Positions 31,789-44,843 of a DNA stretch of 64,000 nucleotides are shown piece after piece; position 1 is the first letter of the stretch, and each line of letters opens with the position of its first letter. A program made the translations under genes and the position numbers. Origin of the DNA: Podarcis muralis (Eukaryota); contig NC_135661.1 of NCBI RefSeq assembly GCF_964188315.1, positions 15,748,001-15,812,000 on the forward strand. The letters run 5' to 3'. The notes below the pieces were generated by a model. That model saw only the letters and a list, made by a program, of their open reading frames with translations. It searched no databases and was not told where the DNA came from.

Positions 31789-33527
31789 AGGCGGAGTCCA
31801 GCCCTCCCTCTGCAGACAAGCCAACCGTTGGCTTTCTAGCAAATGTCGTTTGTAAAGGCTGCTGGGGATTATAGCTCTGTGAGGGGGGAAACTACAGTTC
31901 CTGGGTTTCTCTGGTGGAAGCCGTATGCTTTAAATGCCACGTGCTTTAAAAGCTATATGGTTTAAATGTTTGAAGCGGGTGCAACCATAAAGCACGATTC
32001 CAATTAAACCAGAAGCAGCTGGCTGGTTGGATTGCATTGTGTCTTTTCTGCATCACCAGACTGGTCTTCGCACTTGCTTGCTGATTGGTAGTAGCGCCAA
32101 TCGGGGAGCAGCCAGAAGGACCACATGGCCTTGGCCTCAAGCTCAAAAGGGGGCTCAGATTTAGCCATGCGTTCGTTTCATTTCTGCTGCATTTGAGAAG
32201 TTTTGCAAATTTGTTTTTAAGTGCTGAAAGGTGACACGTTATCCTCCCTTCGAGCTGCAAAGATATATAAAAAAGGAGTTGTGATTTGGCAAAAGACATC
32301 CAGTATTCAATGATGGGTGAAGCTGTCCATTTTGGTTCTCTCCGTTTCTCATATTTCCAGCCTTACGTTCAGTCCTCTTTGTTCCCACATCAGTTTTCAA
32401 TTCTTTTTGAAAGTCCTCGTGAAAAATTGTCAGCGTTGTGGTGCAATTTTCTCCTAATATGCACAAGTTTGTTTGCAATTTCCCCTAAGAAGCACACTTT
32501 GGCAAAGCAATCTCCCCCTATAGAATAGAGTTTTGAACGTCATTTTCCCCACTAACAGGTGTTATTTTTTTGACACCCTTTCCCCTAATAGAGTCATTTA
32601 CTTGGTCGGAGAACCGCACTGCAAAATTCAGAGAAGTGTGAATTTTGAATAATGGTTGCACTTCTATTTAGGGAAGTACAAATTTCCATGTTTGCCTTTA
32701 AATGGGAGATGAATTGAATCCCCCTGTTCCCATCCAGCCCTTGCTGCAATATGACAACCCCACATCTCATCTAGGGGTGCTATAAATGTACAGTATGTAG
32801 CATCAGGATTCGCTCCAAAGAGCTTGGGCCACACGGCAACCACATAGTGATTCCTTCTGGTTTCCCAACATGTTCCTAGCTGTTAATTTCCACATCACAT
32901 TTGAGCTTTCACATGACAAAGGACTATAGTGGGATGTAGTGCAAGTTTAGTACTCGTTTCCATGCTATTTGCAAATGACTTTCTTCTTTTTCCTGGAGGC
33001 AAGTAGCACATGAATGAGTCCTCAGCTTACATCATATTCTGCTGCATTTCTGGAAGGGGCTTTTACGTTATGTGGAAGCACAAATATAATGTGGAAATTC
33101 ACAGATACGGCAAGATCAGGAAAATGGAATAAACTGCTGTGTGAGTGCAGCCCAGGTGTGGAGAAGCCGTGTTGTGATCAATAGCATTTCCATGCTCTAG
33201 GGCACGAGTGTGTTTGTCTGTAGGGCTTCCTTTGCAAATAGCTGCGCTCAATGTACAAGCATCAGAGAGTGGATCTGAGGCAGAGACACAATATCAGAGG
33301 TGGGGCAAGGTGGGGCTCCCTATTCCTGCTTCACCAGCAGTCATCTAAGTCACACAGGGGTAGGACTGTTGTTGGGGTTTTTTTTGGGGGGGGGGAGAAG
33401 GCACGCGCTGTGCGAGCAAGGCCCCAAAGCAGTCTTATGCCTTCCCTCCGAAGCCAGCATGAAGAGAAAAGGCTCGTGAGCAGCTGTTCCAGAGGCAGTT
33501 CGCTCGCTGGGGCCGCTTGCTTCCATG

Positions 33528-36500
33528 TCACACGCGGGAAGCCATGGCATACATTTTGCAAGTGACTATGGGCGAATGGTGTGTCAGGCGCTGAGGTCTC
33601 CTGCGGGGGGCAGCACCTGCATTGGAAAGAAGAATGGAAGTCACAATATTTAGAAATAGATGTGGCCCTCTCTAGTGCTCTTGGAGAGTGGTGCATACAC
33701 AGTGGCGTATCGTGGGTTGCCTCTGCCCCCCTCTGCAAGGAAAGTATTGCCCCCCTTAGAAAATTATTGCGCCCCCTAAGTGGCATTTCCATATGGTGCT
33801 GATGTTGCTACTGGACGGAGCTTCAGCGCAGCGGCGGGACATGTGCGTGCACCTCCTTGGGCTGGGGCACCACCATCGTGGCAAGTCTCACCGTCTGCCC
33901 GCCTCCTCTGCTGGTGGGGAGCGCTGCACAGCCAAAGGATGCAAGGGCCCATCCTCTCCCAGCTCCTGTTTGGAGTGCTGTCCAGGTGAGGCAGGCAAAA
34001 GGTTGGGGCAAAAGCTGCAGAGGTACGCTTGTAAGAATTTTTGCACTTGGAGCAATTGCCCCGGTAGCCCCACCACCATGCTACACCACTGTGCATACAT
34101 TATCTTGTAACAGCCCTGCTAGGTTATCTTCACCCATGCGGGGGAAGCACCATGAGCAGGGTTTCCTGACATCACCTCCAAATTGTCACTGTTGGGTGGG
34201 AGGAATTCAGCTAGGGCCCATCATCCCTAGGCAGCATGGCTAGTAGCTAGTAGGGTGGTTGGAACCTGTAGCCCAAGAATATCTGGAGAATGTAAGAACA
34301 TGAGAGCCCTGAGGAATCAGGCCAAAGGCCCATCTAGTCCAGCATCCTGTGGCCAACCAGATGCCCATTAGGGGAAGCCCCCAAGCAGGATCTGAGCATG
34401 ACAGCAACCCTCCCCGCTTGTGGTTCCCGGCAATTGGTATTCCAAAGCATAATGTCTCCAACAATGGAGGCAGAACATAGTGATAACTGGCTAGTAGCCA
34501 TCGATAGGCTCCCTGAATTTGTCTAGTCCTTCTGTAAAGGTATCCGAGTTGGTGGCTCTCACTACCTCTTAGTATAGTGAGTTCCATAATTTAACCATGA
34601 ATTGTGTGAAGAAGTGCTTTTCTCTACCCTGAGTCCTCCTACGTTTGGTTTTCTTGGATAGCCCCAGGTCCTAGCATTATAGGGAGGCACAAGTTTCCTA
34701 CCCCTCCCTTAGGACAATTGGGGGATATCCACAGCCAGTGATAACCACTACGGTTTTTCCTCTTACACCACCTTTGCTGCTGTCTCTGAACTCTTAACTC
34801 TTCGTACTGACCTCCTGCGGTGGCAGAAAGGCAGCAAGTCAACACAATGGCTGCCACGAAGCATCCTGAGGATCCCACCATTCCCAGCCAGCAAGACCAT
34901 CCAAAGTCATAATGGACTCCCAAGAACACACTGTGCAAGACAAGAGTGGTCCTCTCCATATAGATATCGACAGCATACCAGACAGAGCCCACCAGTCCGA
35001 GGACACCTGGTGGGCCAAGAAAACACAATTATCTTAAGAAAGGCAGAGGCCATATGCTGGGCCACTACCCAAATCCCTCTGTATATGTTCATATATGTGG
35101 CAAAATTGCTCCATATCAACTGGCCAGGGGTTGCATACCATTTTGGGCCAGTGGGCATATTTGGGCTAGTCACAAAATGGCTTCCCTGAGGTGTGCAGCA
35201 TAACACAAAATGGCTGCTGGCTGTAGGCGTAGGGGCATAACACAAAATGGCTTCCATTGTGAGTCATGGCACAACACAGGCTGGCTGTCTTATCTAAAGG
35301 AGCAGAAAAGGAGACCTGGATGGGAAACAGTGTGGTCCTGCCCTGGAATCAGGGGCAACACATCCCGTTGTGTAATGATGAGGGATGAGAGAGGTTGTAC
35401 ATGAGACTCCACTTTCCACCTCAAGGCTTGCCTCAGTAGCTGTCCTGGTCGATAACAACAAAGCCAGACCCCAATGGAAAAGGCACTTACTTCCGACTCC
35501 CAGGACTAATCCTGACGAATAGCGCATCTTCAGCTTAACGTGCGGCTCGTCCTTGAGAAACTTGATGCAGTCGAGGCCCAGCGCCAGCAAGACTAACGCG
35601 AATCCCGAGAGGATGTCAGCTGTGATCAGCAATGCTCGAGTCACCACAATCTTCACTGAGAAGGGAGAGCAAAATACAAGGTAGTTGAAGGTCAGTCAGA
35701 GAAGCATCCTACTGGCCTGGCGTCCCCTGTCTGACTCTGTTGGGAGGAACCATGAAGGTCTGTATAATACTGAGCCAGGTGATTTGTCCACCTAGACCAT
35801 CAATGTCTACACCAGTGGGCAGTAGCTCTCCAGGATTTCTCTCAGCAGTCCCTCCCATTTCTCTACCCGGATTAAAATGGGACCTTCTGCATGCATATCA
35901 GGAGCTATAACCACTGAGTTAGATCCCTTTCCTAAAATTAAAGCAAGGTGCCAGATAAAGAGTTGATTTAAATAGAAACATAAGAAGCTAACATACTGAG
36001 TCACTGGTGCATCCAGCTCATGATTGATGATTGTCTACACTGACTGGAAGCAGCTATACAGGAGTTCAGGCAGGGGTCTCTCCTAGGATACTTGGAGATG
36101 CCAGGGATTGAACCAGCAACCTTCTGCATGCAGAGCAGATGTTTTACCACTAAGCTATGGCTCTTCCCCCCGGTTCTTCCCTGCTCAAGCTGGCACCTGA
36201 CCTGTCTTCTGATGACCTCTCTGCCTCTGCCTCTTCCTCTATCTCCTGCTTCCTTATTTACCTAATCTGGTGCCTCTGACCTCCGGCCCATCCAAGATTG
36301 TGCCTCCTGCCCCTGCCCCATTTTGCAGACCAGACCCTTCAAGAGTCACCATTTTCCAGGAACGGTTCCAGTTTACAGAAGCCGTCCCGGTTTCTGATTA
36401 GATCCCGGAATGTCCCACTTTTCCTTAGGAAGTCTCTACAGTGGTACCTCGGGTTAAGAACTTAATTCGTTCTGGAGGTCCGTTCTTAACCTGAAACTGT

Positions 36501-37860
36501 GCTTAACCTGAGATACCACTTTAGCTAATGGGGCCTCCAGTTGCTGCCACACCGCGGCCACGCGATTTCTGTTCTTATCCTGAAGCAAGGTTCTTAACCC
36601 GAGGTACTATTTCTGGGTTAGCGGAGTCTGTAACCTGAAGCGTCTGTAACCTGAAGCATCTGTAACCCGAGGTACCACTGTATTTTCATCGGATAAATGT
36701 TGGCGGGTCTGGAGTTACATAACCCCTGAGCCAAGGAGATAAGTACTGTAACTGTACAACTTTTAGAAGACATCTGTATAGGGAAGTTTAAAAAAAAACT
36801 TTTAATGTTTTATTATGTTTTTATATATGTTGGGAAGCCGCCCAGAGTGGCTGGGGCAACCCACTCAAATGGGCAGGGTATAAATAATAAAATTGTTGTT
36901 GTTGTTGTTGTTATATAGGACATCCCTATTGTTATTGGAGAAATGTTGGAGGGTATGATTTTGGCTGAAGCCTGTTCCAGGCTAGCACTACCCCCATCCA
37001 ACTCTAAAAATGTAGGGCAGTGTTATTACCCCTATACTGCCGAAAAACAAGCTGAGGCTGAGAGAGATACAGCTTGCCAAAGAGTATTTGCATTGCCACA
37101 GATCACGGGCCCATTATTATCATCACTATAGGCCACTGGTGGAGAACTGTACTGGGGCTCCCGATTTGACCCATGAGGTCATGCCTTGTGCAGTGCAAGC
37201 CCCAATGACCAGACAACGGCTGGGGCCTCAGTGCGCAGCTCTATTTAAAGAAAAGCTCCCCTGATGTCATTGTGATGTCAGATGATTGACAGGTCAAACT
37301 TGGCCCATGGAAGGGGGCAGGAGATAGAGATTTGGCCCACCAGTTCCGAATCCAGTTCTCCACCTACTGATGTAAGCCTATCCAACCTTACTTTAAAGAG
37401 GACTCTCCACTGGTCAACCCTCATCTCTGCATTTTTACTCCACCCCTGGAGGCCTGATCATCAGTTCCAGCCCTTTTAGCAATCTTAACACGCTCGGAAA
37501 CCCACCCCAGCACCTCCAACAATTGGGGCCAACTGTAGAAGGGGAGGGTCGCAATTGTGCAATGGCTGAGAAAGCTTGAATGCACCCGAAGATGCTTCAG
37601 CCCATCAGCTGTTGGAGACTTACAGGGATGCTCTGCTAAAATGGAGTCGTACTGGTCGCAGGTCCTGATGCCGTCTTGCATGTTGGTGACACACTCCCTC
37701 CACAGTCCTCGGCATTTGTGGCTGACCTGCAAAGAACATCATCGGATGTTTTGGGTGCAAAAAGGGGTGCTGCTTGGGGCTGAGACAAATAGAGAAAGGG
37801 ACCTCCACATTTCCAGGCTTTCGCTGTACCTTTAAGCTTACTGTTTTATCTCATTGGTTT

Positions 37861-37913
<53 letters not shown>

Positions 37914-39617
37914 TATTTATTTATACCCCGCCCTCCCCGGCCAAGACCGGGCTCAGGGCGGCTAACACCAAATATAAATACAGTAAAAACATTTTAAAAC
38001 AAAACAAAACCAAACAAACAGTTGATTAAAATATAAGTTAGAATACAGTTTAAAATGCAGCTTAAAATGCAGCCTCGTTTTAATGGCAGCCTATAGATCA
38101 AAGCCATAAGGGGAGAAAATGTCAAATATTCACCGGGGCCAACTATCCATGCTGGTCCTACGTGGGCCAGCAAAAAGAGCCGAGGGAAAATTTATATACA
38201 AAATCCCACATTAGGGGTTCCATCAAAATAAATAAATAAGAGCGGGGGGGGGGGGGGGTTAGACTGAGTTCAGCCCAAAGGCCAGGCGGAACAGCACTGT
38301 CTTGCAGGCCCTGTGGAAAGATGTCAAATCCCGCAGGGCCCTAGTCTTTAGTGACAGAGTGTTCCACCAGGCCGGGGCCAGAGCTGAAAAGGACTGGATG
38401 TTTTAGACTGAAACATCTTAGGTTGCATCCTATTTACAACTTCCTCCACCTACTCTGACTTCTCTTTTGGACCTCAAGATGAGAGGGCACCTTGGGTCCA
38501 TCCTCTGAGAACAAAGGAGCAAGCATGTCTGCCTTTGTATTGCCCAGATTAATTGGTTAGGATAGAACGAAAAAACGTCCCTATCCAAGTTATGTACTAC
38601 CTATAATAAACTACTTTTCTTACTCCACAAGCATCTCTGCATGTTGGATTGCAACAGGTAAAGTTGACTCTGCAACTGGATTCTCAAGCCATATGCTACT
38701 CACTTTGCACAGCAAAGAGCTCCAATAGGTAATTGGGCTCAGTTCCTGTTGTGATTAGGGACACAGGTGGCGCTGTGGTCTAAACCACCGAGCCTCTTGG
38801 GCTTGCTGATCAGAAGGTTGGCAGTTTGTATCTGTGTGATAGTGTGAGCTCCTGTTGCTCTGTCCCAGCTTAGCAGTTCAATGTAGCAGTTCAAAAGCAT
38901 ACCAGTACCTTTTCCTCACCTATTATTTATTATATTACTACTACTGCTGCAGCTACTACTATAACTAGTTGGTTGCCTAACACAGGACTGGTTTACAATC
39001 AAATTTCATCAAGTACCCCAGGAGAGATGAACACTTTAGCTGCCAAAATGTGCCCATTTTGCAGGCAGGGAGCCTGACAGTAGGTGGCGCCAGAGCCAAT
39101 GACAGAAAGAGCAAAGTGATTCCAGTTTCACCCCCATCCTCCTCCCTGTTGAGTTCTGCAAAAGGCAACACTGAGACTAAGGAGTGGGGAGCCAACAGGC
39201 AGCCCCACCCTCTGAACTTGTTGTAAGCAGGTAGAGATGTGGGAGAGGCTGGCTGAGGGCAGATTGAACTGCCTCCACTGGATGTAAAGGTTGGCCCCAG
39301 GTGGGCATGGCCAGGGAAAGCACTCCACAAGCAGAGAAGGGTGACCGCAACCTTTCTTATTATGCAGAGGCCCTGAGGGAAGGGGGATGCAATGATAGAT
39401 CTGGAGAATAGGGAATGGTTGCATATATAGGCACCAAGCTAGCTACCCCAGCGTAGTAGAACATGCTGGAGCTCAGCTACCTGTTCCTGTTCCTCGTCCT
39501 CACCTCCAAGCTGTCATCAGCATTAACCATCCAGCAGTCGGTCCATGTGGCCGCGACCAGGAAGAGGGTTGAAATGAGAGCGACGCAGAAGGACATCAGT
39601 TGCAAAGCCACCGCCAT
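33528..39617 (-). CDS. Claudin-16-like protein (gene B; probable CLDN16 paralogue), complete, 221 aa
   Basis: Exons 39617-39504 (114 nt), 37726-37624 (103), 35655-35491 (165), 35006-34812 (195), 33616-33528 (89); total 666 nt, GT-AG. Contains [15 protein letters not shown]|[34 protein letters not shown]|[52 protein letters not shown] and C-terminal KMYAMASRV, co-linear with human CLDN16 as recalled (KMYAVDTRV). Intron positions also match CLDN16. No symbol is given because paralogue versus orthologue cannot be settled from this window. Confidence 0.93.
33700..34091. mobile_element. hAT MITE (H2-related TIR)
   Basis: TIR cagtggcgta...tacaccactg; perfect 8-bp TSD tgcataca; about 82 nt from the last acceptor of gene B. 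Confidence 0.8.
36439..36680. mobile_element. Tigger-like MITE, main family
   Basis: TIRs and TA TSD. Confidence 0.9.
37860..38390 (-). mobile_element. L2 LINE 3' fragment
   Basis: Reverse-complement counterpart of the 26545-27138 fragment, with a (TAA)n tail at 37861-37912. Confidence 0.75.
38759..38905 (+). mobile_element. Sauria SINE 5' fragment
   Basis: gggacacaggtggcgctgtggtctaaacc head, degenerate and truncated. Confidence 0.75.
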
Positions 39618-39964
39618 TGGGAGAACTACAAAGGGCTAGGAGGAGACACACGTAAGGCTCTGGGTGTGTCCATCCTCACCCTGCCCAAAATTGCCACGGC
39701 TTCCCCCCAAATTGCAGCAACCTCTGAGCTTTGCTCCCAACAATGGATTCCAGCTTGTCCCCTGTTTGCTTTGGGTGGGGAGACGGGTGTCGTTTGAAAA
39801 AAAAACCTTACAGAATGAAGACACACAAACATTGCAGGAAGTTGGACTAGATGCTCCTTCGAACCCCTTCCAACGCTACAATTCTATAATTCTATGAAAC
39901 GCACCTGTGCTCAGAGTCCACATATATGCACTCTGCTCCCAAGAGACTATCAGAATCATATATA

Positions 39965-40491
39965 CAGTGGTGCCCCGCAAGACGAATGCCTCGCAAGACG
40001 GAAAACCCGCTAGACGAAAGGGTTTTCCGTTTTGGAGGTGCTTCGCAAAACGAATTTCCTACGGGCTTGCTTCGCAAGACGAAAATGTCTTGCGAGTTCC
40101 TGCAGGGTTTTTTTCCTTTCCCCCCCTTTTCCCCAAGCCGCTAAGCTGCTTATCAGCTGATCCGCTAAGCCGCTAAGCCGCTAAGCCGCTTAACAGATGA
40201 TCCGCTAAACCGCTAAGCCGCTTAACAGCTGATCGCTAAGCCGCTTATCAGCTGATCCACTAAGCTGCTTAACAGCTGGTCCGCTAAGCCGCTAAGCTGC
40301 TTATCAGCTGATCCGCTAAGCCGCTTAACAGCTGATCCGCTAAGCCGCTTATCAGCTGATCCGCTAAGCCCGCTAAGCCGCTAATAGCGCTAATCCGCTA
40401 AGCCGCTAATGGGCTTGTTTCGCAAGACGAAAAAATCGCAAGACGAAGAGAATCACGGAACGGATTCTTTTCGTCTTGCGAGGCACCACTG
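39965..40491. mobile_element. Tigger/pogo-like MITE (family 4) carrying an internal minisatellite
   Basis: TIR cagtggtgccccgcaagacga...tcgtcttgcgaggcaccactg, TA TSD; internal array at 40136-40410. Confidence 0.85.
40136..40410. repeat. Minisatellite of 24-bp units (ccgctaagccgcttaacagctgat) mixed with 8-bp ccgctaag units
   Basis: Seven exact CAGCTG and one CAGATG variant read directly from the sequence. Confidence 0.9.
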
Positions 40492-40877
40492 TATTTTTTG
40501 TTTCATGCTGATTTCCTTGACCAATGGCTTAAGGAAACCCGAGTTAGGCAAGCAAGAAAAGACTTCCACCCTTACAAAAATAAAAATTAAGGGTGAGAGG
40601 CTTGCACAATAATGCCAATTCCAAGCACCTGAATTGTCCTCTGTGCTGCCAGCTTTGCCACATTAAAAAAAGGGTTCCCCAAGGAATAAGGTAAGCTAGA
40701 ATTTTTTAAAAAAACGACATACTAATGTAGCAAAATTAACGCGGCGGTGAGAAAACAAAGGGTGTTTATTGCTAGCAATAATGGCTCAGCGGGATCACGC
40801 TCCAAAAGCTGAACAAAGCCCAAAAGGGTGAGGCCTGCTTTATATACCGTACATAGCTGTTATCTGTTAAAGCAATA

Positions 40878-41103
40878 CAGTGGTACCTTGGGTTAAGTAC
40901 TTAATTCGTTCTAGAGGTCCGTTCTTAACCTGAAACTGTTCTTAACCTGAAGCACCACTTTAGCTAATGGGGCTTCCTGCTGCCGCTGCGCTGCCGCCAC
41001 ACGATTCCTGTTCACATCCTGAAGCAAAGTTCTTAACCCGAGGTACTATTTCTGGGTTAGCGGAGTCTGTAACCTGAAGCATCTGTAACCCAAGGTACCA
41101 CTG
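40878..41103. mobile_element. Tigger-like MITE, main family
   Basis: TIRs and TA TSD. Confidence 0.9.
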
Positions 41104-43291
41104 TACATATGCATAAACTTCCTCCAATCTAAAGTTACAACACAATACTAATTATACCATGTATGGTCTTTCCTTTATTACCTATTCATTAGGCAAGGAA
41201 ACAAAGGACTCTCTTTTGTCAAATGTAGACACTTAGGAATGTTGTTTACAACCTTGGGACTAAAGCTGCTTCTAACACGAGATAAGGCACAAGGCCTCTA
41301 GCCTGGCTAGTTAGCTGAGCTTATAGGTCTCTATGTGCATCACTAAGACCTAGGAAGATGCACAAAGAACAAAACTCAAGGGCCCTGGCTTCTTTGGTTC
41401 ACAGGAATTTGGGTGGATTTTCTTTTTAAAAGCTCAGTGCTCTCTACACTGACTGGCAGCATCTCTCCAGGTCTTACCCAGCCATACCTGGACATGCCAG
41501 GAACTGAACCTGGGAGTTTCTGCATGCAGGTCAGATGCTCTGCCTCTGAGCTATGAATGATTTTAAGTTTTCGCCTGCACGGTCTGGTCGTGTTCGGGGG
41601 GAAAGGAAGGAAAGCGACTGACTCAACTCGGGGCACCAGGGGAAGAAGGCATAATGGAAGGGAGCTGGCCATGTGTTGATGGAAAGGGCGACAAAGGATG
41701 CCCCGAGATTCTCTGTGTTTTGTAGGAGGGATCCTAGCGCATGCCATAACTGTAGGCTTGTGCAATGAAAACAGATCAAAGCGCTCTGTCACCCTTTTGG
41801 AACAAGTCCACTTTTGAAAAATAAATAAAAGGGAAGCAGATTTCTATGGGGGAAGGCAGCAAAAAGTCCTGCAAGCACACAAGAACAAATTGCTCACTGA
41901 CTGCTCATTGTTGTATAACAGCCCCGCAAACGAATCACAACAAACATTCATTCAAGACTGAACTAAAGCCCCATCTACATTGCAGTAGCAGATCACTTTC
42001 AACAGTGGCTTTCTCCCAAGGAATCCCAAGAACTGTGCTTCGTTAAGGGCACAGAGAGTTGTTAGGAGACCCCTGTTCCTCCCACAGAGCTAAAACTCCC
42101 AGAGTGGTTTAACAACCGATCCCTTTTCCTAGGGAACTCTGGGATCTGTTAGCTCTGTGAAGGGAATAGAAATTCTCTGCGTTTCGATTCAGTGACTATT
42201 TTGGAGAAAGTGACTTTGTTAGGTTTTCCTTTAAATGTGAACTTAATTCGATTCCTCCGCCATTTCTAGAAAACCCCTCCCATCTTTCCAGAAAGAAAAT
42301 AAGACTGTAAGAATCCCTACAACAGGTTAGGATTATTTTCCTCCTGCCCCTGTCCTATTGGAGGTGGAAACAGGAGACTGTAGGGAAGGCCCTTAACTCA
42401 GTGACAGAGCCTCTCTCACAGACCACAACGCCCTCCCAAGGAAGATCACAACATTAGTTTACCTTTAAGTCGGGTGCACTAGAGCCTCTGCGTCTGTCAT
42501 CCTTGCGAAGGAGATCCCACAGAACATCTGAAGAGAAGCCAGAAATTCAGGTTAAGTCTTTTCCAGGAGTTTTAAAACGTCAATAAGGTGACATGAGGTT
42601 GCACCACCAAACCTAGGAACCGTCACCTGGCAGTACAGGGGGCAGAATTGAACCCCACCTGACAGGCCTGCCACTGGCCTGTTCAGTAGCAATCGAAACT
42701 GTCTCTGGATCAGACTCCTTAAAAAATAAAAAATAAAACCCAAGCCATGTCAGCTGTGCTTCGGGCTTTAACAGCGTGATGGGCTTCCTTGCAATTAAAA
42801 TGGCTATGGGTCAGAAAGCATAAACAGGTATTGGCATCTTCGGGAGCTTGGCAGGCGATACTGGCACGCAGCGGTGTGCCCTCCCTCCAGAACTAAATCC
42901 ATCACTTCTTCACTGAGGATCAAGGCTACATCAATTATTTCCGGAATTAGAGGTTCCAGTCAACCTCTCCAAAAGAAAGGCTGGGAGCTTTTCCTGCGGG
43001 ATCCCTGGGTTCCTGGTAGAGGTTTTGTTCAGAGGTCAAGAATGCAATGATTTTGCTAAATCGGACCAAAATCCATCTTAGTCTGGTATTCTGTTGCCAA
43101 CAGTGGCCAGCGGGATCGGGGGTGGGGGTGGTGGTGGTGGTGGCTGGTGCCCATTGGACAAAAGGGAGGGAGCCCAACAGTAGGTGGCGCTAGATCCAAT
43201 GACAGGCAAAGCCAAGCAGTGCTAGCTTTCTCCCCATCCTCTTCCCTGCTGAGTTCTACAAGGGGTGACCCTGAGACTAAAGAGGAAGAGC

Positions 43292-43293
<2 letters not shown>

Positions 43294-43341
<48 letters not shown>
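43294..43341. repeat. (GA)n microsatellite
   Basis: Direct reading; also (GA)n at 10738-10766 and (AACT)n at 56832-56880. Confidence 0.95.
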
Positions 43342-43343
<2 letters not shown>

Positions 43344-44390
43344 AGATGTCAGGATATCTCAGTTGGTAGAGCAGGCAACTCTTAGTCTCAGCACTGTGGG
43401 TTTGAGATTCCTGCATTGCAGGGGAGCTGGACAATTGATGCAAACGGCGCCTTCCAAATCTACAATTCTATGACCTGTGATTAAGACTGCAGCTTTGGTG
43501 CAGAAAAGGCCAAAAAACCCTCCCTCTCTTCCTGTTTCCCAAGTCTGCAGCTGGAATTGTCACACGTGCTTGTTCCCAGTGCCTGCAAAGTGTGGGTGCC
43601 TCCTCTTGATGCTGAGCGTTAAGATAACAGGTTGGAGCTGCCATTGTTGCCATGAACAGTTAAATCATTCTCACGGCTGCTTCATTTGCCTTGAGCATCA
43701 GACAAGAGGCTACTTGCTGGGCCCTTCCAAACAGAAGTGTCTGTTAAAGCGGAAGAAAGAGCTTCTGTGTTTGGTATGAAGCATTTTGGAGCTCTGCCAG
43801 GCAGCTCAAAGTCTTGAGGCCAGTTCAGGAGGGCCACGTAGATTGCTTTGTTGCCTGGGGTTCCGAAAAGGTTCAGAGAAGATCATTTATCGGACTTTTC
43901 AACCAGGTCCACCCTCCCCCTCCTCTTATCTCGACCAAGGATGGATAAGTCCAAAACCTCCTGCAAGATGAGCTTTGATGCTCAAAGACAGCGCAGTGCA
44001 CACCAGCTAAATCTTGAGCTGGGAAGTCTGACCTGACTCAAATCTGATTTTTCTTTTCATTGCCATGAACTCGCTAGGCAAAGGTTGGCAGGTCACCATT
44101 TTCTCAGCCCTGACTTCTTTTGTTTGTGACACGGGAAGTAAGAGCACTTGTAAGTTTGTAAGCCGTTACGTCCTTTGCCCCACAGGTTTAAAACACATGC
44201 CTTCCCACAAAGATTCTTGGAAATGGTTGCTTATTAGATGTGCTGGCTGCTTTGTGTGGGGGAAAAGACAGTTCTCAGGTGTCTTCCGGGGAATACATGT
44301 CCTTTACATGTATGAGGGGGGTGGAGCAGAGTTCACTTTGGATATCCTTTGGAGGAGAGCATGCTGTCATTTTTAATATACTGTATGTAA

Positions 44391-44749
44391 AAAGGTAAAG
44401 GGGTAAAGGGACCCCTGAGCATTAGGTCCAGTCCTGGCCGACTCTGGGGTTGTGGCGCTCATCTCGCTTTATTGGCCGAGGGAGCCAGCGTACAGCTTCC
44501 GGGTCATGTGGCCAGCATGACTAAGCTGCTTCTGGTGAACCAGAGCAGCACACGGAAACACTGTTTACCTTCCCGCCGGAGCAGTACCTATTTATCTACT
44601 TGCACTTTGATATGCTTTCGAACTGCTAGGTTGGCAGGAGCGGGGACCGAGCAACGGGAGCTCACCCCGTCGCGGGGATTCGAACCGCCGACCTTCTGAT
44701 CGGCAAGTCCTAGGCTCTGTGGTTTAACCAACAGCGCCACCCGCGTCCC
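44391..44749 (-). mobile_element. Sauria SINE, full length
   Basis: 13-bp TSD atactgtatgtaa at 44378-44390 and 44750-44762. Confidence 0.9.
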
Positions 44750-44843
44750 ATACTGTATGTAATACTGGCTTATTATATAGACATGCCACAGGTGGAAGTG
44801 CGATTTTCAGAGTCCTGGGCCAGGGGTCAGTGTGTGCCATGTA

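Noticed and set aside
39618-39830. N-terminal extension of gene B like the 305-aa human CLDN16 form
   Set aside because: In-frame TAG at 39638-39636, seven codons upstream of the ATG.
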